NCBI GenBank assembly: GCA_028715425.1
Contig: JAQURW010000001.1
Span: forward strand, 1 to 34,578
Length of the DNA stretch: 34,578 nt
Direction of reading: 5' to 3'
From: Candidatus Omnitrophota bacterium
GTDB taxonomy: Bacteria; Omnitrophota; Gorgyraeia; JABMRN01
Shown: positions 1 to 9,823 of the stretch, piece by piece
Layout of the letters: the number at the start of each line of letters is the position of its first letter
Position numbering within the stretch: the stretch's first letter is position 1
The notes under the pieces: generated by a model
Told to the model about the DNA's origin: nothing
The model's input: the letters and a program-made list of their open reading frames with translations, nothing else
The model's database searches: none
Position numbers and translations under genes: made by a program

Positions 1-561
1 GGAATACCGACGACATGCGTTATCGCATCGCATGACAGGGCCCTGGCGCTGGAGCTTCAGGCGTTATTTTCGAGCGAGAGGTTCAGGGTCTACACGTCGG
101 ACGATATCGTCGGTGTCGAACTCGGCGGAGCGCTCAAGAATATTATCGCTATTGCCGCAGGTATTTCCGACGGCATGGGGTTCGGGACGAATACCAAGTC
201 TGCGATACTGACGCGGGGGCTTGTTGAAATATCGCGTCTCGGCATTAAACGAGGGGCGCGGCCGGAGACCTTCATGGGCCTTACCGGTGTCGGGGACCTC
301 GCGACGACGTGTATGAGCACCCATTCCCGTAACCGTTCGTTCGGCGAGGCCATCGGGAAGGGCAGGAGCGTCAAAGAGGTTCTGGCTGAAACGAGCATGG
401 TTGTTGAAGGTGTCGCGACAACGAAAGCGGCATATAAACTTGCGAAGCGCTGCGGGATCGAGATGCCGATAACCGCGGAGATATATAAGGTCATTTACGA
501 GGGGAAGAACCCGAAGGACGCGGTGCGGGATCTGATGACGCGGGCGCTGAAAAGAGAATAG
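1..561 (+). CDS. gpsA: NAD(P)H-dependent glycerol-3-phosphate dehydrogenase, C-terminal part (5' end outside window)
   Basis: Frame 1 is open from base 1. The translation [20 protein letters not shown]...[45 protein letters not shown]...GDLATTC.S..SRN..FG..IG is typical GpsA. The listed ORF 175..561 is only the part after an internal Met. Confidence 0.9.
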   Translation, partial: GIPTTCVIASHDRALALELQALFSSERFRVYTSDDIVGVELGGALKNIIAIAAGISDGMGFGTNTKSAILTRGLVEISRLGIKRGARPETFMGLTGVGDLATTCMSTHSRNRSFGEAIGKGRSVKEVLAETSMVVEGVATTKAAYKLAKRCGIEMPITAEIYKVIYEGKNPKDAVRDLMTRALKRE

Positions 562-581
562 AAAAGGTAACGATTTTGTAA

Positions 582-659
582 CGGGGCGTGGCTCAGTTTG
601 GCTAGAGCACTTGCTTGGGGTGCAAGAGGTCAGCGGTTCAAGTCCGCTCGCCCCGACCA
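582..659 (+). tRNA. tRNA-Pro (anticodon GGG), CCA encoded
   Basis: Hand-folded cloverleaf: acceptor CGGGGCG/CGCCCCG, D stem GCTC/GAGC, anticodon stem CTTGC/GCAAG with loop TTGGGGT (GGG plus G37), T stem AGCGG/CCGCT with loop TTCAAGT, discriminator A, CCA. Confidence 0.92.
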
Positions 660-684
660 GATTTTTCCGGATATAAACTCAGGA

Positions 685-745
685 AAAATCGTCGCGAAAT
701 CAATGCGTCACGATTTCGAAGAAATCGTGACCATGCTCTGATTTC
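685..745. repeat. Array of five RAAATCR half-sites including a perfect inverted repeat (11-bp arms, 3-nt spacer, 707..731) in the hom leader; function unknown
   Basis: AAAATCG at 685, GAAATCA at 696, CGATTTC at 711, GAAATCG at 721, TGATTTC at 739. GTCACGATTTC-GAA-GAAATCGTGAC spans 707..731. Confidence 0.6.
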
Positions 746-764
746 GGGACATAAAAGGAGCACC

Positions 765-2057
765 ATGAAAAAAGTCAATGTGGGCATCATCGGCCTCGGG
801 ACCGTCGGCGGCGGAGTTGTCCGGACCTTGATCGATAAACAGGCGATTATCTCGGATAAGGCCGGGATAGCTGTCTCGGTCGTCAAGGTGTTCGATAGCG
901 ATACAAGAAAGGCCCGGGACCTTCATATCCCGCAGGGCCTTATCGCTTCCGACGCCCGCGAGGTTATCGACGATGTCAATATCGATATCCTGGTCGAACT
1001 TATCGGCGGCATACAACCGGCCAACGATATTATTATCGGCGCCCTCTGTAACGGTAAACACATCGTTACCGCGAATAAGGCGCTTATTGCTTCGTACGGT
1101 AAGGAACTTTTCGAGATAGCCGAACAACTGGGATGCTCGATCGGTTTCGAGGCAAGCGTCTGCGGCGCAGTTCCTGTCATAAAAATCTTGAATGAAAGCT
1201 TTTCGGCCAATTCGATACAGCTTCTGTACGGCATTGTGAACGGCACGTCCAACTTCATCTTAAGCCGCATGGCTCTACACCATTGCTCGATGAAAGATGC
1301 ATTGAAGGAAGCCCAGGCGCGCGGATTAGCCGAGGCAAATCCGAAGCTTGATATTGACGGCGGCGATGCCTGCCACAAGCTTTGCATCCTGGCGATGCTG
1401 GCATTCGGGAAATTCGTCAAACCCGGCGAGGTCTATGTCGAGGGTATCAGACAGCTTGATCTCCAGGATATGATATACGCCAAGGACTGGGGATATGACA
1501 TTAAACTTTTGGCTGTCGGCAAACGGATCTCGAATTCTCTGGAACTACGCGTGCATCCTACCTTGGTCCCGGCCGATCATCTTATTACCTCGGTAAAAGG
1601 AGAAGATAACGCGGTATTTATAAAAGGCGATATGATCGGCGAATCGATGCTGTATGGTAAAGGCGCGGGCCGCACGCCTGCTGCCAGTTCCGTTATCAGC
1701 GATATCATGGATATCAGTCGTAATATCGGACTTTCCGGCACCAGCAGCCCCTTCAGGATCCGGAAGACCGAGGGTATCCTTAAGATAGCGGACATAGGCG
1801 ATCTGGTAAGCCGCTATTATCTCAGGTTCCTGACGATCGACGAGCCGGGTGTCTTAGCCGCTGTCTCGAGCATATTGGCGCGGAATAAAATAAGTATTGC
1901 GACTGTTTCACAGATAGCGAGGAAACAGGGCCAGGCAGTGCCGATCGTTATGCTGACGCATGAGGCAAAAGAATCCGCGATGAATAAGGCTCTTAAGGTG
2001 ATCGACCGGCTGCCGATGGTAAAAGCAAAAACGGTCAGGATCAGGATCGAAAAATAG
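765..2057 (+). CDS. hom: Homoserine dehydrogenase
   Basis: ATG at 765 is preceded by AAAGGAG (754..760). MKKVNVGIIGLGTVGGGV is a Rossmann motif, followed by the homoserine dehydrogenase catalytic region and a C-terminal ACT-like domain. The longer tracked ORF start at 615 lies inside tRNA-Pro and is rejected. Confidence 0.92.
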   Translation: MKKVNVGIIGLGTVGGGVVRTLIDKQAIISDKAGIAVSVVKVFDSDTRKARDLHIPQGLIASDAREVIDDVNIDILVELIGGIQPANDIIIGALCNGKHIVTANKALIASYGKELFEIAEQLGCSIGFEASVCGAVPVIKILNESFSANSIQLLYGIVNGTSNFILSRMALHHCSMKDALKEAQARGLAEANPKLDIDGGDACHKLCILAMLAFGKFVKPGEVYVEGIRQLDLQDMIYAKDWGYDIKLLAVGKRISNSLELRVHPTLVPADHLITSVKGEDNAVFIKGDMIGESMLYGKGAGRTPAASSVISDIMDISRNIGLSGTSSPFRIRKTEGILKIADIGDLVSRYYLRFLTIDEPGVLAAVSSILARNKISIATVSQIARKQGQAVPIVMLTHEAKESAMNKALKVIDRLPMVKAKTVRIRIEK

Positions 2058-2078
2058 AAAAAATATCGAGGTGGTCCT

Positions 2079-3128
2079 ATGGGGATAATCGAGCGCTACA
2101 GACAGTATTTGCCGGTGACCGAAAAGACGCCGATCATTTCTCTGAACGAGGGCAATACCCCGCTTATTAAAGCGGACTATCTTTCTCGGCTGGTCGGTAA
2201 CAGGGTTACCGTCTATTTAAAATATGAAGGCCTTAATCCGACAGGGTCATTCAAGGACCGCGGGATGACTATGGCCATTTCGAAGGCTGTCGAAGAAGGC
2301 GCCAGGGCTGTCATGTGCGCCTCGACCGGCAATACCTCGGCGTCAGCCGCGGCCTATTGCGCCCGTGCCGGCATACAATGTATCGTCCTGATACCCGAAG
2401 GTTCGATCGCGCTGGGAAAACTTGCTCAGGCCATGATACACGGCGCCACGGTACTTGCGGTGCGGGGCAACTTTGATGAGGCATTGAAACTGGTGCGGGA
2501 AATTACAGATAAGTTTCCCATCACACTGGTGAACTCGATCAACCCGTATAGGATCGAAGGACAAAAAACCGGATCGTTCGAGATATGCGATGTGTTGGGC
2601 AAGGCGCCGGAATACCATGCCATACCTGTCGGCAATGCGGGGAACATTACCGCGTATTGGAAAGGTTATAAAGAATACAAGGCTGACGGGAAAATCAGGG
2701 CTTTACCTATTATGGTCGGTTTCCAGGCAGCGGGTGCGGCGCCGATAGTGCGCGGCGCGGTCGTGAAAAAACCCAAGACCATCGCCACCGCTATCAAGAT
2801 CGGTAATCCGGCAAGCTGGGAAAAGGCCGAAGCGGCGCGCGATGAGTCCGGCGGTCTAATCGATAAGGTAACCGACAATGATATTCTCAGCGCCTATAAA
2901 ATACTTGCGTCCAAAGAAGGGGTTTTTGTCGAACCTGCGTCAGCGGCAAGCGTTGCCGGCGTGCTCAAAAAGGCCAGGACAGGATATTTTAAAAGGGGGG
3001 CGCAAGTTGTGTGCATACTGACCGGCCACGGGCTCAAGGACCCGGACCGTGCGATAGCGACCATAAGAAAACCAAAGGTTATTGATGCGAGGTATGATGC
3101 GGTTTTAAAGGAGATCAAAATCGAATGA
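2079..3128 (+). CDS. thrC: Threonine synthase (short form)
   Basis: PLP-lysine motif [22 protein letters not shown], length 349 aa, located directly after hom. Confidence 0.92.
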   Translation: MGIIERYRQYLPVTEKTPIISLNEGNTPLIKADYLSRLVGNRVTVYLKYEGLNPTGSFKDRGMTMAISKAVEEGARAVMCASTGNTSASAAAYCARAGIQCIVLIPEGSIALGKLAQAMIHGATVLAVRGNFDEALKLVREITDKFPITLVNSINPYRIEGQKTGSFEICDVLGKAPEYHAIPVGNAGNITAYWKGYKEYKADGKIRALPIMVGFQAAGAAPIVRGAVVKKPKTIATAIKIGNPASWEKAEAARDESGGLIDKVTDNDILSAYKILASKEGVFVEPASAASVAGVLKKARTGYFKRGAQVVCILTGHGLKDPDRAIATIRKPKVIDARYDAVLKEIKIE

Positions 3129-4345
3129 AGTACATATTGCTTGTCGGCGATGGCATGGCTGACCGTCCGATCAAGGAACTTAATAATAAGACCGTGCTTG
3201 AGGTGGCGAATACGACCTTCATGGACAAAGTGGTCGCCAGCGGCGCCATAGGGCTTGTTACGACGATCCCGCCCGGGATGACGCCCGGCAGCGATGTCGC
3301 GGCTCTTTCGATCCTGGGGTATGACCCGCGCGTCTACTACAAGGGCCGCGGACCTCTTGAAGCGGCTAACCTCGGGGTAACGCTTGGCGCGAATGAGGTT
3401 GCGTTCCGCTGTAATACGGTGACCGTGAGCGATAACAAGATGGTCGATTACAGCGCCGGACATATCAAGACCAAGGAAAGCCAGATACTTATAAACGAGC
3501 TCGAAAAACAATTGGGATCCGAAACGGTCAGGTTTTATCCCGGTATAAGTTATCGCCATCTGATGGTGATGAAGGCCGCTTCTCAAAAAGAAGCCGACGG
3601 CCTGTGCAAGGTCAAATGCACACCGCCGCATGATATCGCCGGCAAGGATATAACAAAATACCTTCCTCACGGCAAGAGTGCCGGCGGTATCATGGATCTT
3701 ATGGAGCGCTCGAAGAAAGTCTTTGAGAATCATGATGTCAATAAGGTCAGGATCGACCTGGCCGAAAATCCTGCAACGATGGCCTGGTTCTGGGGGCAGG
3801 GTGTACATCCGGCAATGCAGCTTTTTAAAGAGGTTTTCGGCGTAGCAGGCGCCGTTATCTCTGCGGTCGATCTGATAAACGGCATAGGAAAACTTACATG
3901 GCTCGATATCGTCAAAGTTCCCGGGGTGACCGGTTATTACGATACCAATTTTAAAGGAAAGGCGGACTTTGCGCTCGATGCGTTGAAAAACAAGGATTTT
4001 GTCTTTGTGCATGTCGAGGCTCCGGATGAGGCCGGGCATAACGGCGATGTGCGCGCGAAGATAACCGCGATAGAAAATTTTGACCGGCTGGTGGTCGGCA
4101 CGATATGGGAAGAGATAAAGGACCGCAGCGATTTCCGTCTCATGGTCCTGCCTGACCATGCCACGCCGGTGAGTGTGAAGTCGCATACCGATGAGCCGGT
4201 ACCCTTTGCTGTCTGCGGCAAGGACATTGCTGCAGGGAAGGCCCGGGCATTCAACGAAATAGCCGCACGCGAGAGCGAATTTTCGTTAACGCACGGCTGG
4301 CAGCTGATGAGATATCTGATCAACCTGGACGAAGGGAAAAAGTAG
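3125..4345 (+). CDS. ApgM-family (archaeal-type cofactor-independent phosphoglycerate mutase-like) protein; probable non-canonical homoserine kinase
   Basis: N-terminus [15 protein letters not shown] and the metal-site block [15 protein letters not shown] are typical of the ApgM/alkaline-phosphatase superfamily. The gene overlaps the thrC stop by 4 nt and sits 7 nt upstream of lysC. Confidence 0.7.
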   Translation: MKYILLVGDGMADRPIKELNNKTVLEVANTTFMDKVVASGAIGLVTTIPPGMTPGSDVAALSILGYDPRVYYKGRGPLEAANLGVTLGANEVAFRCNTVTVSDNKMVDYSAGHIKTKESQILINELEKQLGSETVRFYPGISYRHLMVMKAASQKEADGLCKVKCTPPHDIAGKDITKYLPHGKSAGGIMDLMERSKKVFENHDVNKVRIDLAENPATMAWFWGQGVHPAMQLFKEVFGVAGAVISAVDLINGIGKLTWLDIVKVPGVTGYYDTNFKGKADFALDALKNKDFVFVHVEAPDEAGHNGDVRAKITAIENFDRLVVGTIWEEIKDRSDFRLMVLPDHATPVSVKSHTDEPVPFAVCGKDIAAGKARAFNEIAARESEFSLTHGWQLMRYLINLDEGKK

Positions 4346-4352
4346 GAGAGCG

Positions 4353-5579
4353 ATGCGGGGAGATATAATTGTTCAGAAATACGGCGGAACGAGCGTTGCG
4401 AACGTTGAGCGCATTATGCACGTTGCAGAGCGTGTCGTTAAAACAAAAAAGAATGGGTATAAGGTTGTCGTAGTCGTGAGCGCGCTCGGCGATACCACGG
4501 ATGAGCTTATTGCGCTGGCGAACCGGATAACCGACGAACCTCCCGAGCGGGAACTCGATATGCTGATGGCGACCGGCGAACAGGTTTCGAGCGCCCTCCT
4601 TGCGATGGCCATCCAGAAAATCGGCGAAGAGGCTATATCGTTTACCGGGGCGCAGGTCGGCATTATGACGGATCGCGCCCATACCAAGGCGCGCATACAA
4701 GGCGTTGATGCCAAGCGCATTCTCAAGGAACTTGAAAAGGACCGGATCGTGATCGTGGCAGGATTTCAGGGCATTACCGAGGATCAGGAGATAACGACCC
4801 TCGGCCGCGGCGGTTCCAACATAACGGCGGTTGCGCTGGCTGCCGTGCTGAAGGCTCAAGAGTGCGAAATGAATACCGATGTCGACGGCGTCTATACCGC
4901 CGACCCGCGTATCGTCAAGGATGCCCGAAAGATCGACCAGATAAGTTATGAAGAGATGCTTGAGATGGCCTCTTCAGGCGCGCAGGTCCTTCAGGCCCGC
5001 AGCATCGAGGCGGCAAGTAAATTCGGTGTCAGGATCCATGTCAGGGGGACCTTTCACGAGACCGAAGGCACTATTATTTCTAAGGAGGTACGGGCCATGG
5101 AAAATGTTCTGGTAAGCGGTATTACGTTAACGAAAAACGAGGCAAAGGTGACGGTATGCGATGTCCCCGATAAACCGGGTTCGGCCGCGAAGATCTTCGA
5201 GATGCTGGGCGAGGCTAATATCAACGTCGACATGATCATCCAGAACGTTTCGCGTACCGGCGCGACCGATGTGTCGTTCACGGTGCCCAGGGACGAATTG
5301 GCGAAGACGCTTAAGGTCGCCAACAAGGTCTCCGGGGAGATAGGCGCCCACGGGGTTACGTACGATGAGGAGATGGCAAAGGTATCGGCTATCGGTATCG
5401 GCATGCGCAGCCATTCGGGCGTGGCGGCGACTATGTTCAAGACCCTCGCCGACGAAGGCATCAATATCGATATGATCTCTACCAGCGAGATCAAGATATC
5501 GTGCGTTATCAAAAAGACGAACGGCGAGAAGGCGGTCAAGGCGCTGCATAAGGCGTTTGATCTGGGGAAAAAATCCTAG
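4353..5579 (+). CDS. lysC: Aspartate kinase (monofunctional, two C-terminal ACT domains)
   Basis: IVQKYGGTSVANVERI, VVVVSALGDTTDEL, and two C-terminal ACT repeats; 408 aa. Confidence 0.93.
   Translation: MRGDIIVQKYGGTSVANVERIMHVAERVVKTKKNGYKVVVVVSALGDTTDELIALANRITDEPPERELDMLMATGEQVSSALLAMAIQKIGEEAISFTGAQVGIMTDRAHTKARIQGVDAKRILKELEKDRIVIVAGFQGITEDQEITTLGRGGSNITAVALAAVLKAQECEMNTDVDGVYTADPRIVKDARKIDQISYEEMLEMASSGAQVLQARSIEAASKFGVRIHVRGTFHETEGTIISKEVRAMENVLVSGITLTKNEAKVTVCDVPDKPGSAAKIFEMLGEANINVDMIIQNVSRTGATDVSFTVPRDELAKTLKVANKVSGEIGAHGVTYDEEMAKVSAIGIGMRSHSGVAATMFKTLADEGINIDMISTSEIKISCVIKKTNGEKAVKALHKAFDLGKKS
5097..5579 (+). CDS. lysC: Candidate nested in-frame aspartate kinase beta subunit (ACT domains only)
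   Basis: An in-frame ATG at 5097 (Met249, MENVLVSGITL...) is preceded by a strong internal SD, AAGGAGG, at 5082..5088. This matches the known alpha/beta arrangement of Bacillus/Corynebacterium-type aspartokinases. Confidence 0.5.
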   Translation: MENVLVSGITLTKNEAKVTVCDVPDKPGSAAKIFEMLGEANINVDMIIQNVSRTGATDVSFTVPRDELAKTLKVANKVSGEIGAHGVTYDEEMAKVSAIGIGMRSHSGVAATMFKTLADEGINIDMISTSEIKISCVIKKTNGEKAVKALHKAFDLGKKS

Positions 5580-5590
5580 AGGATGAAACC

Positions 5591-7165
5591 ATGAATTATA
5601 TTGAGCTGTATGATACGACATTGCGGGACGGCGCGCAGACCGAAGGTATTTCCTTTTCAGTCCACGATAAGATGCGGATCGCCCAGAAACTCGACGAGAT
5701 CGGCATCCGTTATATCGAAGGCGGATGGCCGGGGGTCAATCCCAAGGACGTGGCCTTTTTTAAACGTATCAGGGAGTATGACCTTAAGAACGCAAAGATC
5801 GCGGCCTTCGGCTCGACGCGCAGGGCGGATACCAAAAGCAGCCAGGACAAGGTGCTTCAGGGGCTTTTAGCCTCCGAGGCCGAGGTCATTACGATATTCG
5901 GTAAGACATGGGACCTGCATGTGCATGAGGTCTTAAAGACCTCTTCCGACGAAAATCTGCGGATGATTGAAGATTCTCTCAGATTCTTGCGCTCTAAGGG
6001 AAGGTTCGTCATTTTTGATGCGGAACATTTTTTTGACGGATTTAAGGACAACAAAGAATATGCGGTCAAGTGCCTCTTGGCTGCCCAACAGGGCGGCGCA
6101 GAGCGGATCGTCCTGTGCGACACCAACGGAGGCACCCTTACTTCTCAGGTCTTCGATGCGGTTGAGGAAGTGGTCAAGGTGATCCGCGTCCCGGTCGGTA
6201 TCCATATGCACAATGATTCGGAAATGGCCGTGGCTAACTCCGTCGCTGCGGTACAGGCCGGCGCGTCCCATATCCAGGGCACCATAAACGGTTACGGCGA
6301 GCGATGCGGGAATGCCAACCTTATCTCGATCATCGCGAACCTGAAACTCAAGATGGGGGTGGACTGCATAACGGATATAGCTCTTAAGGACCTGACCGAG
6401 CTTTCGCATTTTGTCGCTGAGATCAGCAATATGAAGCAGGAGGATAATCAGCCGTTCGTCGGCAGGAGGGCGTTTGCCCATAAGGCCGGCGTGCACATCA
6501 ATGCTATCTTAAAGAATTCGCGCTCGTATGAGCATATCGATCCTGACCGTGTCGGCAATCGCAGGCGCCTTATCGTTTCCGAGCATTCGGGGAAATCAGG
6601 CATTGCCAAAAAGGCTGAAGAGATGAATCTCGGCCTCGATCCGGCCAAGGCCGACGGGCAGAAAATATTGAAAACGCTCCAGAAACTTGAACATGAGGGC
6701 TACCATTTCGAGTCGGCTGAGGCGTCGCTGGAACTCTTTATGCGCAGGGCAATGCATGAATTCAGGGATTTTTTCAAGCTTGTCGATTTCCGTGTTATTA
6801 TCGAGAAGAAGGAAAAACATTCGATGACCTCCGAGGCCGTTATCAAGATCAAGGTCGGAAAGACGATGGAACATACGGCATCCACCGGCGACGGCCCTGT
6901 TAACGCCCTTGATAGCGCGCTCAGGAAGGCGCTCAAGGACTTTTATCCTGCGCTTTCAGAAATGCATCTTTCCGATTTCAAGGTGCGTGTCCTGGACGAA
7001 AAGGCCGGCACTGCAGCCAAGGTGCGGGTCCTTGTCCAATCGCAGGATAAAAACGAGTCATGGTGGACCATCGGCGTTTCCGAGAACATCATAGAGGCCA
7101 GTTGGATCGCGCTGGTCGATTCCGTCGAGTATAAACTCCTCAAGGGGTCCGGGAAGAAAAAATAG
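5591..7165 (+). CDS. cimA: (R)-citramalate synthase (LeuA/CimA family, long form with LeuA-dimer regulatory domain)
   Basis: MNYIELYDTTLRDGAQTEGISFS, GIHMHNDSEMAVAN, HKAGVH; 524 aa. The N-terminus and length fit the CimA clade better than LeuA, but this is recognition by eye only. Confidence 0.72.
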   Translation: MNYIELYDTTLRDGAQTEGISFSVHDKMRIAQKLDEIGIRYIEGGWPGVNPKDVAFFKRIREYDLKNAKIAAFGSTRRADTKSSQDKVLQGLLASEAEVITIFGKTWDLHVHEVLKTSSDENLRMIEDSLRFLRSKGRFVIFDAEHFFDGFKDNKEYAVKCLLAAQQGGAERIVLCDTNGGTLTSQVFDAVEEVVKVIRVPVGIHMHNDSEMAVANSVAAVQAGASHIQGTINGYGERCGNANLISIIANLKLKMGVDCITDIALKDLTELSHFVAEISNMKQEDNQPFVGRRAFAHKAGVHINAILKNSRSYEHIDPDRVGNRRRLIVSEHSGKSGIAKKAEEMNLGLDPAKADGQKILKTLQKLEHEGYHFESAEASLELFMRRAMHEFRDFFKLVDFRVIIEKKEKHSMTSEAVIKIKVGKTMEHTASTGDGPVNALDSALRKALKDFYPALSEMHLSDFKVRVLDEKAGTAAKVRVLVQSQDKNESWWTIGVSENIIEASWIALVDSVEYKLLKGSGKKK

Positions 7166-7173
7166 TACCTACT

Positions 7174-9822
7174 ATGCCAGAACTGCCTACGACATATGAT
7201 CCTCACGAAATAGAGGACCGTGTATATAAATTATGGGAAGAGAAACGCTTCTTTCACGCGGAACCTGATCAGGCAAAGAAACCGTACTGTATCGTCATCC
7301 CTCCGCCCAACATCACCGGTATCCTTCATATGGGGCATGCGCTTAATAATACCATCCAGGATATCCTGATCCGCTTTAAAAGGATGAGCGGCTTAGAGGC
7401 CCTGTGGATGCCGGGCACTGACCATGCAGGTATCGCGACCCAGAACGTCGTCGAGAAAAACCTTATGAAAAAGGGCACGAAGAAGGATGCCCTCGGCCGC
7501 GAAAAATTTCTCGAAGAAGTCTGGAAATGGCGCAACGATTACGGCACGACGATCATAAACCAGCTTAAAAAATTGGGGTGCTCCTGCGATTGGGAGCGGA
7601 CCAGATTTACGATGGACGAGGGGCTTTCCGAGGCCGTCAAAGAGGTCTTCGTGCGGCTGTACGAAAAAGGACTTATTTATCGGGGGAACTATATCATCAA
7701 CTGGTGCCCGCGCTGTAAGACCGCGTTAAGCGATGAAGAGGCCGAACACCGGGATGTCGACGGGATGCTGTATTACATTAACTATCCGGTAAAAAATAGC
7801 GATAAGCATGTCACCGTTGCGACGACGCGGCCGGAGACCATGCTCGGCGATGTCGCGATTTGCGTCAATCCGAAAGATAAACGTTACAAGCATTTGAAAG
7901 ATGCGGTCGTGGTGTGGCCGATCGTTAACCGTGAACTGAAGGTCATTTTCGACAAGAAGGTCGACATAAAATTCGGGACCGGCGCGCTTAAGGTAACCCC
8001 GGCGCATGACCCGGTCGATTTCGAACTTGCGCGGGAGCATAAGCTCGAGGCGATCAATATCATGCGTGACGATGCGACGATCAACCTGCCGGGCCTTGAT
8101 TTTGACGGTATGGACCGTTTCGAGGCGCGTGAGGCGGTCATCGAAGCGTTGAAACAACGCAAGCTTTTTGTCAGATCCGAGCCGCACCGTCATGCAGTAG
8201 GCCATTGCTACCGCTGCCACACGATGGTCGAACCGCGGCTGTCCCCGCAGTGGTTCGTGCGCATGAAACCGCTCGCCGGGCCGGCTCTAACCGCAGTCAA
8301 AAAGGGCGAGATAAAGTTTTATCCGAAACGATGGACCAAGGTTTACCTGAACTGGATGGAAAATATCCGTGACTGGTGCATCTCGCGCCAGATATGGTGG
8401 GGGCACCGGATACCGGTATACTATTGCGGAAAATGCTCGGATCCGTCGAAATCTATTATCGTATCAAAGGTGAAACCGGAGAAGTGCCCGTCCTGCGGCT
8501 CGACTGAAATAACGCAGGACCCTGATGTCCTCGATACCTGGTTCAGTTCGTGGCTCTGGCCGTTCTCGACGCTCGGCTGGCCGCAGGAAACGAAAGAGCT
8601 CAATTATTTTTATCCGACCGCTACCCTGGTCACGGCGCAGGAGATCATTTTCTTCTGGGTTGCGCGTATGATCATGGCAGGTATGGAATTCCGTAAGGCA
8701 GTGCCTTTTAAGGACGTCTATATTCACGGCACCGTGCGCGATGATACGGGCACGAAGATGTCGAAATCGCTGGGGAATACCATCGATCCGCTTGAGATAA
8801 TCAAGGATTTCGGGAGCGATGCTCTCCGCTTCAGCATTATCTCGATAACCGCCCAGGGGCAGGACGTGTATCTTTCGAAACAAAAATTCGAGCTCGGCCG
8901 CAATTTCGCCAATAAGTTATGGAACGCATCGCGTTTTGTCCTCATGAACCTGAACGGGGACATGGTCAAAAAGGACCTCTGCCAGACGGCAAAAGACCCG
9001 TCGTTGTCGCTCGCCGACCGGTGGATATTAAGCCGTTTTTATCAGGCCCTTCAGGAATTTACCAGGGCACTGGAAAAATACCGGATCAACGATGCCGCGA
9101 ACAGGATCTATGATTTTCTCTGGCACGAATATTGCGACTGGTATCTTGAACTTGCCAAGATATCCATTAACGAACCGCATACGCAGATGACCCTCTATAA
9201 GGTCCTGGAAAAAAGCCTCAGGGTGCTGCATCCGATCATGCCGTTCATTACCGAGACTATATGGCAGAAGCTTCCCCGCGAGCACGATAAGGAATCTATT
9301 ATGCTGGCGCCCTGGCCGCATTTCCAGAAGGCATTCGTTGCGAAAAAGATCGACTGTCAGATGGCCCTCCTTATCGACATCATCCAGTCGGTCCGTAATT
9401 GCCGCTCTTCGTGGGCGATCGCGCCCGCGAAATATGTGACGATCGCCGTGAAGGTGCAGAAAGACGATGACCGGAAAACCCTCGAGACGAACGCTTCGTA
9501 CATCAAGCGGCTTGCCCGGGTCGGCGATATGAAGGTCGGCACCGCAATAGAAAAGCCCGCGCAGTCGGCCGTAGGTGTCATACGGGATATCGAGTTTTTC
9601 GTGTGCCTCGGGGGCGTTATCGATATCGAGAAGGAAAAGAAGCGCCTCCTGGCCCGCATTGACGAGGTCACGCGCTGTCTGTCCGGCATCGAACAGAAAC
9701 TGGCGAACCAGAACTTTGTTCAGAAAGCCCCTCAGGACGTCGTCGAAAGCGAACGGAAGCGCAAACTGGATTTTGAACAGGAAATAACCGGTCTTCGCAA
9801 CAACTTAACATCATTAACATAA
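7174..9822 (+). CDS. valS: Valine--tRNA ligase
   Basis: PPPNITGILHMGHALN (HIGH motif), GTKMSKSLGN (KMSKS motif), C-terminal coiled coil; 882 aa. Confidence 0.95.
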   Translation: MPELPTTYDPHEIEDRVYKLWEEKRFFHAEPDQAKKPYCIVIPPPNITGILHMGHALNNTIQDILIRFKRMSGLEALWMPGTDHAGIATQNVVEKNLMKKGTKKDALGREKFLEEVWKWRNDYGTTIINQLKKLGCSCDWERTRFTMDEGLSEAVKEVFVRLYEKGLIYRGNYIINWCPRCKTALSDEEAEHRDVDGMLYYINYPVKNSDKHVTVATTRPETMLGDVAICVNPKDKRYKHLKDAVVVWPIVNRELKVIFDKKVDIKFGTGALKVTPAHDPVDFELAREHKLEAINIMRDDATINLPGLDFDGMDRFEAREAVIEALKQRKLFVRSEPHRHAVGHCYRCHTMVEPRLSPQWFVRMKPLAGPALTAVKKGEIKFYPKRWTKVYLNWMENIRDWCISRQIWWGHRIPVYYCGKCSDPSKSIIVSKVKPEKCPSCGSTEITQDPDVLDTWFSSWLWPFSTLGWPQETKELNYFYPTATLVTAQEIIFFWVARMIMAGMEFRKAVPFKDVYIHGTVRDDTGTKMSKSLGNTIDPLEIIKDFGSDALRFSIISITAQGQDVYLSKQKFELGRNFANKLWNASRFVLMNLNGDMVKKDLCQTAKDPSLSLADRWILSRFYQALQEFTRALEKYRINDAANRIYDFLWHEYCDWYLELAKISINEPHTQMTLYKVLEKSLRVLHPIMPFITETIWQKLPREHDKESIMLAPWPHFQKAFVAKKIDCQMALLIDIIQSVRNCRSSWAIAPAKYVTIAVKVQKDDDRKTLETNASYIKRLARVGDMKVGTAIEKPAQSAVGVIRDIEFFVCLGGVIDIEKEKKRLLARIDEVTRCLSGIEQKLANQNFVQKAPQDVVESERKRKLDFEQEITGLRNNLTSLT

Positions 9823-9823
9823 C

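Noticed and set aside
615-764. N-terminal 50-codon extension of the hom ORF as listed in the track.
   Set aside because: The extension starts inside tRNA-Pro (582..659) and reads through the leader. The Rossmann-fold N-terminus with a proper SD begins at 765.
2894-4186. A 430-aa ORF on the minus strand, the longest unassigned ORF in the track.
   Set aside because: It is entirely antisense to the well-supported thrC 3' end and the ApgM-like gene. The translation is Arg/His/Ile/Gly-rich, low-complexity text with no recognisable motif, as expected for a stop-free antisense frame.
4346-4352. I looked for a lysine riboswitch or T-box elements ahead of lysC, thrC and valS.
   Set aside because: The intergenic gaps are 7, 21 and 8 nt, far too short for any riboswitch or T-box leader. 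The only leader of useful size is 660..764, which is treated separately.
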